From Pseudomonadales bacterium (GTDB lineage Bacteria > Pseudomonadota > Gammaproteobacteria > Pseudomonadales > UBA3067), in NCBI GenBank assembly GCA_040235475.1, contig JBECKY010000031.1, forward strand, positions 3,293 through 67,292: a stretch of DNA of 64,000 nt, read 5' to 3'. Position numbers and translations under genes: made by a program. Positions 50,308 to 59,076 of this stretch are shown here, in pieces (within the stretch, counting starts at the first letter, position 1; each line of letters opens with the position of its first letter). The notes below the pieces were generated by a model. It saw only the letters and a list, made by a program, of their open reading frames with translations. It was not told the origin of the DNA and searched no databases.

Positions 50308-50949
50308 GTGATACAAAAATTACTGCCCGCTTCGGTTATTACTGTGGTTGCAACACCTGATATGTGGATCCAAGCTGCCTATCCTGATGAAATGTCCCTG
50401 GTTAAAAATGCCGTAACCCAGAGGCAACAAGAGTTTCAGGCGGGTCGAAACTGCGCAAAAGAAGCGCTTTCCATACTCGGAATCGAACACTTCCCCATTT
50501 TATCAGGCGTGAAAAGAGAACCCATCTGGCCTGAAGGCATTGTCGGCAGCATCACTCACTGCAAAGACTATTGCGCAGCAGCCCTGTGCAAAACCACGGT
50601 TGCAAAAAGCATTGGCATTGATGTTGAAAAAAAAACAACGCTTGATAAGAGCACTATAAATTTAATTTGCACTAAAACAGAGCGGGCATGGTTAAGCAAA
50701 CATGATCTAATGGATACCTTTTGGAGCAAAGTAATTTTTAGTGCCAAAGAATGTTTATACAAATGTTATTATCCCTTAACTCATCAATATTTAGATTTCC
50801 TGGAAGCAGAATTAAGCTTGGATCTTGATAAAAATATTTTTACCGCAAAACTACTAATAAATGCTCCGTCATCATTTAATATCAACGAACCGATTAAAGG
50901 CAGCTTTTTAATCGAAAAGGATTATATTTTTACCACTTTAATACTCTAA
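50308..50949 (+). CDS. 4'-phosphopantetheinyl transferase, EntD/Sfp type
   Basis: 213 aa with a GTG start. Motifs WPEGIVGSITHCKDYCAAAL, IGIDVE and FSAKECLYKCY match the EntD/Sfp-type PPTase signatures (GS.SH, G.D.E, FS.KE...K). Confidence 0.8.
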   Translation: MIQKLLPASVITVVATPDMWIQAAYPDEMSLVKNAVTQRQQEFQAGRNCAKEALSILGIEHFPILSGVKREPIWPEGIVGSITHCKDYCAAALCKTTVAKSIGIDVEKKTTLDKSTINLICTKTERAWLSKHDLMDTFWSKVIFSAKECLYKCYYPLTHQYLDFLEAELSLDLDKNIFTAKLLINAPSSFNINEPIKGSFLIEKDYIFTTLIL

Positions 50950-50973
50950 AAATAACAACGAGTGTAAAATCAA

Positions 50974-51936
50974 ATGACTAATTACGACGTATTTAATGGT
51001 GACGCCGATGGTATCTGTGCTCTGATTCAACTACGGCTTTCCAAACCTGTTGAATCCCAACTAATCACCGGAGTTAAAAGGGATATTCAACTGCTGGAAA
51101 AAATTTCGGCTGAAAAAAATGACCATATTACGGTTTTGGATATTTCGCTGGATAAAAACCGCAAGGCTTTATTAGATTGTTTAGATAAGGGCGCTCAGGT
51201 GAGCTGGTTCGATCATCATTTTGCGGGTGAAATCCCCACGGCAAGTAACCTGAAAACCTATATTGATACTGATGCCAATATTTGCACCAGCCTGCTGGTT
51301 GACCAATATTTAAAAGGTCAATACAAAGCCTGGGCGGTAACCGCTGCCTTTGGTGATAATTTAAAAGATAGTGCGATTCATGCCGCCAAAAATTTAAACC
51401 TTGCTAAAGACCAATTAGATTTATTGGAAAAGCTCGGTACCTATATTAACTACAATGGTTATGGTTCAGATATTAGTGAGCTGCATTTCTCGCCAACGCA
51501 GTTATATTCACTGCTTCTTCCTTATGCTAACCCATTGGATTTTATTATTAGCGACACTACGGTCTTTAAACAGCTTGAATCCGGCTATAAAGAAGACCTA
51601 AACCATGCGCATAATATTCAAGCTGAATTCAGCTCAGAAACAGCCGCGGCTTTTATTCTACCCAATGAACCTTGGGCGCGCCGTGTTAGCGGTGTCTTTA
51701 GCAACGACCTTTCTCAGAACAATCCAGATCGTGCCCACGCGGTATTAACCTTAAAAGCAAATAACAACTATTTAGTAAGTGTACGTGCCCCGTTAAGCAA
51801 TAAAACCGGTGCTGACGAATTGTGCAGACAATACCCGACAGGCGGTGGCCGAAAAGCTGCAGCAGGCATAAATGAACTTCCTGCTCATCAACTTGATGCA
51901 TTTATCAATTCATTTATGATTCACTTCTCCTGGTGA
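50974..51936 (+). CDS. DHH/DHHA1-family phosphoesterase (NrnA-like fold, substrate unknown)
   Basis: 320 aa. It has motif I FNGDADGICA, motif III WFDHHFAG and a C-terminal DHHA1-like GGGRKAAAG (Arg where the canonical GGGH has His). Starts 24 nt after the PPTase stop on the same strand. Confidence 0.65.
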   Translation: MTNYDVFNGDADGICALIQLRLSKPVESQLITGVKRDIQLLEKISAEKNDHITVLDISLDKNRKALLDCLDKGAQVSWFDHHFAGEIPTASNLKTYIDTDANICTSLLVDQYLKGQYKAWAVTAAFGDNLKDSAIHAAKNLNLAKDQLDLLEKLGTYINYNGYGSDISELHFSPTQLYSLLLPYANPLDFIISDTTVFKQLESGYKEDLNHAHNIQAEFSSETAAAFILPNEPWARRVSGVFSNDLSQNNPDRAHAVLTLKANNNYLVSVRAPLSNKTGADELCRQYPTGGGRKAAAGINELPAHQLDAFINSFMIHFSW

Positions 51937-52214
51937 TCAGCGTCACATATTTTTATATGCCTGTGATGCATGACAAGCGCAAAACTTGCTTGTGATCGAT
52001 TGCCCAGATCTCATTCTTTTCCCATGTAATTTATTCTGCCCGTGGTAAATTTGGGCGGCAGAACACACCCATTATCAACCAATCATCTAACCTATACTTC
52101 AAGGTAAATTTTAAATAACAAAGCACCACATGTTTAAACTTACCTTTCAGACTGGGAGTGCCAGCAAGGACTTTAATGCATGGATCAATCTGTTTAGCCA
52201 ATGGCGGAACTGCA

Positions 52215-54470
52215 ATGTTTGATTTCCATCACGATCTAATAAAGTGTAATATTTATTACTGGTGTTTAATAATCAGTCTGTCGCTATTAACAGCGTGCGG
52301 AGGCTCATCCAGTAGTAGCGATAACATTGATAATATCCTGTCTAAAGATTCAAGTCAGGACTCGTCAATATTGCTCTCAGGTCGTGTAGTTAAAGGTGTA
52401 ATTACCAATGCCAAGGTTTCAATATACTCAGTGAACGATGGCGTTATCAGCAATACCCAGATTGCCAGAACCATCACTAATGTAAACGGCACTTTTACTA
52501 TTGTTACTCCGCAAGAAGCGCTAACAAATATTTTATACCTTGAAGCCACGCCCTCTAATGACCCTCAGTTGCCAACCTTAATGACCTGCGATTCAATAAA
52601 TGGCTGCGGCACACGCAACAATGTTAAAATTGACTTTGGCGATACTTTTCGTGTTGATGATAACTTTAAACTTCGTAGTTTTGTTGAGTACAATAACACC
52701 CGTACAAAATTATCCACGCAGTTTACGCCACTGATGCACATGGCTGTGGCTTACGCAGAAGCACTTCCCGGCGGACTGACCAAAGCCAATATTATGGGCG
52801 CTCTAGAATATTTATCAGAAGTTTTTTTATTCACCCAAAGCATTAATCAGCTGGAAACTGTAGATTTAACGGTTTTATCTGAAATGAACGACGCCAATGA
52901 TGAAGAACTTGTAGCTGCAATTCTCGCCTCCACATTTATGAACATTGGACAAGCGCCAAACTACACTCCTGTTGAAACCATACTTAAAAACATTACCGCA
53001 CAACATGGTGTTTTGGCCAACAACGACACACAAAACCCTGACAGCCTTTCTCTGCTGCATATAGCGAACCTGGCTATAGCCAATATACCAAGCGATGTAG
53101 CCAACAGAACTAATATTAGCAATCAATTAAATCAAATAGCGTTAAACGCATCGGACACAGTTAGCAGTGTCGAACTTGACGTGGTCGCAGGGTCAAACGG
53201 AAAAGTTATTTCATCCTCCCACTCTTTTGAATGCCTGGCCTCGTGTCAATACAATATAACCAAAAGCGACACGGTTACATTAAATGCCATAGCCGACAGC
53301 GGTTTTGAATTCACTTCCTGGAATAATAGCTGTCCCGGATTACAAGACCAAAGCCATCCTATTTGCGAATTCACCTTGCTGGAATCAGCAACTGTACAAG
53401 CAACATTTTCACCCATCACAAACACTACACACAACCTTGTGCTTACCATTGTCGGCCAAGGCAGCGTTACACTGGATAATGAAAATCTTAGCTGCAACAA
53501 TAACTGCGCATTCATTCTGGATGACGCTGCATTAATTAAGCTCAGTGCTACAGCTGCATCAGGCAGCAGCTTACAGTCATGGACACTGGATCAACAGCCT
53601 GTGTGTGGAATTAATACAAGCTGCGACGTTATGATGTCTGGAGATCTCAATCTCAAAATCACTTTCGTTGAAAACACTACTCCATCTGTTGAGTATGTCA
53701 ACTTAACGATAAAGGCTGACGGAGAAGGTGTAGTAAAAGATTCAGCCCTTAACCTCGCATGTCAACAAACAAGCTGTTTATTTCAAATTAAAAAAGGCAC
53801 AACAATTAATTTTTCAGCAACGCCTTTAAATAGCAATACCCATAAGTTTTCAGGCTGGCAAGGCTTATGCTCTGGAGGCGGTAATTGTATACGCACAATG
53901 GACTCAGATGGCTTATTGACAGCTATTTTTAGCGCCCTTCCCCAGCAAACACTGACCGTAAACATTTCCGGCGGCGGAAGTGTAAACGATGCCGCATTAA
54001 ATTTCTCATGCAATCAGGCAAGCTGCAGCACTAATCTGGATTTTGCCACACAGGTGAATCTAAGCGCCACGGCAAATGCAGGCTACGCATTTGATCACTG
54101 GGAAAATGACTGTACTAATTTCACAAACGATTGCTCAGTAAATATGGATTCGAATCATACGGTCACAGCGGTTTTTAAGTCTACAACTGCGTCAACAACC
54201 GTTAGCTGGACAGCACCCACACAAAGAGAAAGCGGTAATCCATTACCTGTCTCAGAGATTAAAAAATACATTATCTATTATGGTACTAAAAGCGGCGTAT
54301 ACATAGACGCCATTGAAGTTGGCTTGCCTGATAACAGCAATACAATTCCAACAGAGCTAAGCATAGATGGATTAGATAAAGGCCTGGTTTATTATTTTGC
54401 AGGTATGACAGTAGATTCGAACAACTTATCAAGCAAGCTTTCTAATGAAGTGACCAGGCTTATTCAATAA
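52215..54470 (+). CDS. Large surface lipoprotein with four cysteine-paired repeats (InlB B-repeat-like) and a C-terminal FN3-like domain
   Basis: The start is set at the ATG at 52215 (MFDFHHDLIKCNIYYWCLIISLSLLTACGG, lipobox LTAC). The track ORF begins at 52158. Four repeats of about 85 aa each have the pattern G.G.V...(L.C)..C........L.A.A..G..F..W...C....C...M.....(T)A.F. The tail VSWTAPTQRESGNPL..I..Y.IYYG is FN3-like. Confidence 0.7.
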   Translation: MFDFHHDLIKCNIYYWCLIISLSLLTACGGSSSSSDNIDNILSKDSSQDSSILLSGRVVKGVITNAKVSIYSVNDGVISNTQIARTITNVNGTFTIVTPQEALTNILYLEATPSNDPQLPTLMTCDSINGCGTRNNVKIDFGDTFRVDDNFKLRSFVEYNNTRTKLSTQFTPLMHMAVAYAEALPGGLTKANIMGALEYLSEVFLFTQSINQLETVDLTVLSEMNDANDEELVAAILASTFMNIGQAPNYTPVETILKNITAQHGVLANNDTQNPDSLSLLHIANLAIANIPSDVANRTNISNQLNQIALNASDTVSSVELDVVAGSNGKVISSSHSFECLASCQYNITKSDTVTLNAIADSGFEFTSWNNSCPGLQDQSHPICEFTLLESATVQATFSPITNTTHNLVLTIVGQGSVTLDNENLSCNNNCAFILDDAALIKLSATAASGSSLQSWTLDQQPVCGINTSCDVMMSGDLNLKITFVENTTPSVEYVNLTIKADGEGVVKDSALNLACQQTSCLFQIKKGTTINFSATPLNSNTHKFSGWQGLCSGGGNCIRTMDSDGLLTAIFSALPQQTLTVNISGGGSVNDAALNFSCNQASCSTNLDFATQVNLSATANAGYAFDHWENDCTNFTNDCSVNMDSNHTVTAVFKSTTASTTVSWTAPTQRESGNPLPVSEIKKYIIYYGTKSGVYIDAIEVGLPDNSNTIPTELSIDGLDKGLVYYFAGMTVDSNNLSSKLSNEVTRLIQ

Positions 54471-54525
54471 ATTACCAAGATTATACAATCAGAAAAATAG
54501 TTCTTCCGCCATCGCTCAGCGTTAG

Positions 54526-55923
54526 TTAACGCGCACCTTTACCGAAAATCACAACTTCAACCGTTTGAATAATAATGATGAAATCCAGAAGCAAGTTACC
54601 GTTTTTCACATAGTACAAATCGTATTGAAATTTTTGCAAGGCATCATTGTCAGTAGCACCATAAGGGTAGCAAAGTTGTGCCCAGCCGGTAATACCTGGT
54701 TTAACCCGGTGGCGCTCATGATAATAGGGTATTTTCTCCGCCAACATTTCAACAAACTGTGGTCGCTCTGGCCTCGGACCAACAAAACTCATATCGCCTT
54801 TCAATACATTAAAAATTTGTGGCAATTCATCAATTCTAAATTTTCTAATTACCTGACCAACCTTAGTAACACGAGCATCATTTTTACCAGCCCATTGAGC
54901 AACGCCGTCCTTTTCAGCATTTTCAATCATGCTCCTGAATTTAAGCACTGTGAAAACAGCTCCATTGAGCCCCACGCGTTCCTGTTTATAAATGATCGCA
55001 GCCTTCGTCCCGTCTTCAATACGAATAGCTATGACTGTCAGCAACATAATAGGCCAAGTCAAAAGCAATAGAAACGTACCGGCAAAAAGATCAAAAAAAC
55101 GTCCCAAAAACTGCTTGGTAATATTTATTTCAAAACCAGGGCAAAAAATCAACCCGCTAGGGTGCACCAAATCAACTTCAATTTTTCCAACTTCCCGCTC
55201 AAAAAACTCAACCACATCGACGACATCAATGCCACTTAAACGGCAGTCCAGCAATTCGGCCATTGGAAAACTTTTCCTTCTATCATCAATGGCTACAACT
55301 ATTTCATCCACATCGTTCGCTTGAGCGAACTCAAGCAAAGGTAGGTCAAGCGTGACTAATTGTGTTTCGTCAACATGGCATTTTTCACCTTTCATACGGA
55401 TAAAACCAATGATTTTAAAGCCACGCTTATCAACTTTTCTGCGTAATTTTACTAAAATATTATTTGCCCGCTCAGCTGCACCTAAAACAAGCACTCTACG
55501 TTTTAGTAACTCTTCACCGACAACATGAACAAAAATATATCTAGACGCAATAACCAGGATCAAAGAAAAAATAGCCGCCAGAAACATAATGCCTCTACCG
55601 ACATAAAGAGAAGGAAAAACATAGGACACAATAACTGTCGCTATCCCACCAGCAGCTATTGCAAAAGCGGATCTAATAATAATATCGCTAAACACTTCTC
55701 TTGAACGGGAGTGATATAAACCCATAGCGCCCATAGCAGTTATTAACATAAACGAAAATAAAAACGGTCCTAAAGGGGAGTCGCCATGAATATATGTACC
55801 AGGCAATTTTGGCCGAGCTTGAAGCGCAGCATAAAAAGCCAGCACGAAAAAAATACCCTCGAGACCAGCTAAAAGCACATAAGGCTTGCGAAAATTCAGA
55901 CCGAAAATTCTGATTGTTGACAA
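54526..55923 (-). CDS. Polyprenyl-phosphate sugar-phosphate transferase (EPS priming enzyme, PEP-CTERM-locus type)
   Basis: C-terminal bacterial sugar transferase domain KFRSM, DELPQ, GDMSFVGPRP and PGITGWAQ, with N-terminal transmembrane helices. The start is set at the TTG at 55923 (MSTIRIFG..), preceded by GAGG 8 nt upstream. The track ORF starts at the TTG at 55950. Confidence 0.85.
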   Translation of the reverse strand: MSTIRIFGLNFRKPYVLLAGLEGIFFVLAFYAALQARPKLPGTYIHGDSPLGPFLFSFMLITAMGAMGLYHSRSREVFSDIIIRSAFAIAAGGIATVIVSYVFPSLYVGRGIMFLAAIFSLILVIASRYIFVHVVGEELLKRRVLVLGAAERANNILVKLRRKVDKRGFKIIGFIRMKGEKCHVDETQLVTLDLPLLEFAQANDVDEIVVAIDDRRKSFPMAELLDCRLSGIDVVDVVEFFEREVGKIEVDLVHPSGLIFCPGFEINITKQFLGRFFDLFAGTFLLLLTWPIMLLTVIAIRIEDGTKAAIIYKQERVGLNGAVFTVLKFRSMIENAEKDGVAQWAGKNDARVTKVGQVIRKFRIDELPQIFNVLKGDMSFVGPRPERPQFVEMLAEKIPYYHERHRVKPGITGWAQLCYPYGATDNDALQKFQYDLYYVKNGNLLLDFIIIIQTVEVVIFGKGAR

Positions 55924-55992
55924 CGTAAATACCTCTAAATTAAAAATCAAGTATTCTTAACATGCCGTAAAGCATGCCACGATAATCGACAA

Positions 55993-56889
55993 TTAAACCT
56001 CAGCAAAGGAGTAATAAGGAATATCTTGTTGATTACTCAATACTTTCCTAACAGTAGTAAATTTAAAAGAGCATAGCAGCTCTTCAAGCCTGCTTTCACA
56101 TTTACCTAAATTATTATAATGCCTGAATTTTGACAGCAAGCTGGCTTTAATTCTAGGTTGTTGCGTATCAATTTCCCAAGGATGCAAATAAAAAATAAAC
56201 GGCTTGTGCTCTTTTTTATTCACCCGGCTAAGATTAAAAAATGTAAACCAATAAGGGTACAGCCTAAAATAACCACCACCGGCCATGGGTAAAGTGACAG
56301 GCCCAATTTTTGCGGTAGTTAAGGGATACTCTATTAACTTTCTACCTGACTTTGTTTTAAAATAATAAATATTTTTAGGCGAACCGGGTAAACCGTAACG
56401 ATCATGTACAACCGGGAATATGCTCGAATCATATTCGAACCCCGCCTCAGCCAGAACTTCAAGTGCCCAAAGAGAATCCTGAGTTATAGAATAACTGGCA
56501 GCCCTATACCCTGTTACCGCCTTCCCGGAAATATCCTCAAGTAATGATTTTGCGCGAATTGTCTCTTCAGTGAATTCTTTTTTGCTCTGATTATAAATTA
56601 ATTTGTGACTGTATCCATGACAAGCAACTTCATGACCACAATCAGCAATCGCTGAAACCAAATTTGGAACCTTGTTAGCAACCCAGCCCAAAGTAAAAAA
56701 AGTAGCTTTAACGGAATGCTTATCAAATAATTCAAGAAGGCGATGGGTATTACGCTCAACTCTTAAGGGAAAGTTATCCCAATCACTACGGCTTACAGAG
56801 TTTTCAAATGCAGAAACCTGAAAGTAATCTTCAACATCAACTGTTAATGCATTTGCAATCGGGCTGCCGCCGTTATTGTCAATACTCAT
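55993..56889 (-). CDS. Polysaccharide deacetylase family protein (PEP-CTERM/EPS-locus subtype)
   Basis: 298 aa with N-terminal LTVDVEDYFQVSAFE and later CHGYSH, the pattern I associate with the deacetylase subfamily found in exosortase EPS loci. Confidence 0.78.
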   Translation of the reverse strand: MSIDNNGGSPIANALTVDVEDYFQVSAFENSVSRSDWDNFPLRVERNTHRLLELFDKHSVKATFFTLGWVANKVPNLVSAIADCGHEVACHGYSHKLIYNQSKKEFTEETIRAKSLLEDISGKAVTGYRAASYSITQDSLWALEVLAEAGFEYDSSIFPVVHDRYGLPGSPKNIYYFKTKSGRKLIEYPLTTAKIGPVTLPMAGGGYFRLYPYWFTFFNLSRVNKKEHKPFIFYLHPWEIDTQQPRIKASLLSKFRHYNNLGKCESRLEELLCSFKFTTVRKVLSNQQDIPYYSFAEV

Positions 56890-56898
56890 AAAGTTTAA

Positions 56899-58221
56899 TT
56901 ACAAAATATCCGTATATCTGAAAGAAAGTACTCCAGACAAGGCTTCAAACTCTGCGCTCGGAAAATCCGAGAACTGGTTTTCGTGAACTAAGTCTATATC
57001 AACTATTAAACGTTTACTTAAACGCCAGTGTAACTGCAGTGCAGTTAAGTAGTCTCTTGAAATTTCACCTTGCTCAAATAATTTTTCTATATAATGCTCT
57101 TTAAAAGTAAAGCGCATTCCAGGATTTAATTGCCTGGATATTGACAATCGCCCGGCAATTTCATCATTATTCGCCGAAGTTATTTGCCTAAAATGCTCTT
57201 GTTCGATTTTCGCAAACTGGATTTTTATATTATTAACGTGAACTTTTTGCTCATAATCAACGCTGGAGTTTTTAGTTTTACTGATCGCATTAATTGTGTC
57301 TAAAGCCAGAGCAGAGCCTATCGCCGTTTCCGAAGCCTGGAGATCCTGCACATTTGATGACAACAATTGATTTAATTGACTGATATTATCTTCATAACCG
57401 ACACTATATTTTGCCCGAATTCGGCTGCCTGCCCACGGCGTCCAGTTAATAGTAGCTTTAAGACTAAGGGTTTCGTTATCTGAATCAACACTATCAATGC
57501 TGATCCTTTCTTCGCCAATATTAAAATCAACATCTACCGAACGTAAGTTTTTGGCATAGCCTAAAAAAAACTCTTCGGTTCTATAACCCGGGGTAACAGT
57601 AGCGTCAGGTACTGTTTCATCATTCTCTATGTCTTCATAAACATGATTAACAGAGAGTTGGCCCGCTACCATTTTATGCTGCCAGGAAACCTTACCGGAT
57701 AAACGTTTGCTGTCACTCAGCTCTTCCTGCTCAATATATTTATAAGAAGCTGAAAGCAAAACGCTATCTACTGAGCTTAACTTTATCCTCCATTCAGGTT
57801 CAGTGTTGTAGCTGACTTGATCAGAAAGGTTGTCAGCATTGGCCGCTTGACGCGAATCCACCAACACTGTGTTTGCAGTAACATTGTTATTCCAGGCAAA
57901 GGTAGTAGGTAACACGCTGAAATTCATAAACAACACACCATTAGCAGATACTTCCTCAGAATTATCAAACAGTTCTTTTTCTCTACTAAAATAACTTAGC
58001 TTTGCATCTCCTCCAGCTTCTATTAACGAGCCCTTCTTTAGACCTGAAATCCCTGTATCAAGACTATACTCTTGACCTGATTCCGAATCAGCCCTTTTCA
58101 CAATATTATCACTCGTGGTTAACGAAGTACCCACAAAGTAATGCAATGCCTCAGCATAAACCGAGTTCATAGGAAATATTACCAGCAATAAAAAAAAAAG
58201 CTGACGTTTAAAAAAATTCAT
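56899..58221 (-). CDS. Outer-membrane beta-barrel protein of the EPS locus
   Basis: 440 aa with a signal peptide (LLLVIFPMNSVYA), then long alternating-polarity strands ending ..GVLSFRYTDIL. Positioned between the kinase-like gene and the deacetylase, as in PEP-CTERM EPS clusters. Confidence 0.6.
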   Translation of the reverse strand: MNFFKRQLFFLLLVIFPMNSVYAEALHYFVGTSLTTSDNIVKRADSESGQEYSLDTGISGLKKGSLIEAGGDAKLSYFSREKELFDNSEEVSANGVLFMNFSVLPTTFAWNNNVTANTVLVDSRQAANADNLSDQVSYNTEPEWRIKLSSVDSVLLSASYKYIEQEELSDSKRLSGKVSWQHKMVAGQLSVNHVYEDIENDETVPDATVTPGYRTEEFFLGYAKNLRSVDVDFNIGEERISIDSVDSDNETLSLKATINWTPWAGSRIRAKYSVGYEDNISQLNQLLSSNVQDLQASETAIGSALALDTINAISKTKNSSVDYEQKVHVNNIKIQFAKIEQEHFRQITSANNDEIAGRLSISRQLNPGMRFTFKEHYIEKLFEQGEISRDYLTALQLHWRLSKRLIVDIDLVHENQFSDFPSAEFEALSGVLSFRYTDIL

Positions 58222-58257
58222 TGTAATTACAGGGTAGTTATAGGGAATTTAAGAATA

Positions 58258-59076
58258 TTAACGCTGGCGCAAAATAGTCTCATTATTAACAACCAAACCT
58301 GCCAGTTTTTCTTTAGGTATAGCTTTAAGGCTTTCAGCAACCTGAGAACCGGTTACTTTGCCATAAGGTACTACTACAACAGCCATATCACAAAGCTGAA
58401 CCAGCTGCCTCACATCAGCAGTCTCAGTAAGAGGCGGCGCATCAACAATAACAAACCTATCTGAATAGCGATCTCTGACCAACTTCAAAAATATTTTCAT
58501 TCGTTGCGAATTAAAATATTCCGAAGCATACTCAGTTCTATGCCCGGCAGGCACCACTCGTAAACGCTTAACCCCAGACGCATATATAATTTGCTCTATA
58601 TCCACCTGGTTATTTTCAAGGAAACCCGTTAAACCATGCTCAACTCCTTCGAGGCCAAAAATATCATCCAGGTCCGGTTTACCTAAATTCGCATCAATCA
58701 ATAAGGCAGTTTTACTTGAATCAATAGAAAAAGCCATTGCCAAATTGCTGGCAACATAAGTCGCGCCACCCTCACCACAGATAGATGTAACCATAACAAT
58801 AAAGTTTTTATCCGACGACTTTTCCAGCAATTGCGTACGTAACTCACGAAACCTGTTAACAACTCTAGACTGCTTCATTTCAGGATAAATTAGCTTACGC
58901 TCATCGAGATCTGAATAGGAGAATTCTACAACCTCCTCCATCCGCTGGATACGCGGATCATACAATGTATAGTCTCTCATTTGGTCTACCGAGCTATCAA
59001 GAGAAACAATTTTTTGCTGCTTAATACCATTCTGATCCACAGAGCTGGCATTGCCATCTGTTTTGCCAGTCGCCAT
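58258..59076 (-). CDS. BY-kinase-like P-loop protein (EpsG-like) with a degenerate Walker A
   Basis: 272 aa. Walker A position reads VTSICGEGGATYVASNLA (canonical is GEGKST), Walker A' LLIDANLGKP, Walker B FVIVDAPP. No tyrosine-rich C-terminal tail. Its ATG directly abuts the TAA of the upstream Wzz-like gene. Confidence 0.7.
   Translation of the reverse strand: MATGKTDGNASSVDQNGIKQQKIVSLDSSVDQMRDYTLYDPRIQRMEEVVEFSYSDLDERKLIYPEMKQSRVVNRFRELRTQLLEKSSDKNFIVMVTSICGEGGATYVASNLAMAFSIDSSKTALLIDANLGKPDLDDIFGLEGVEHGLTGFLENNQVDIEQIIYASGVKRLRVVPAGHRTEYASEYFNSQRMKIFLKLVRDRYSDRFVIVDAPPLTETADVRQLVQLCDMAVVVVPYGKVTGSQVAESLKAIPKEKLAGLVVNNETILRQR

Noticed and set aside
54565-55324. 168-aa and 110-aa plus-strand ORFs antisense to the priming sugar transferase. 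The 145-aa ORF at 60734-61171, antisense to the Wza-like gene, is a similar case.
   Set aside because: The minus-strand frames carry strong family motifs (GDMSFVGPRP; YIIGPGDVLNISVW). The antisense ORFs are low-complexity products of AT-rich sequence.
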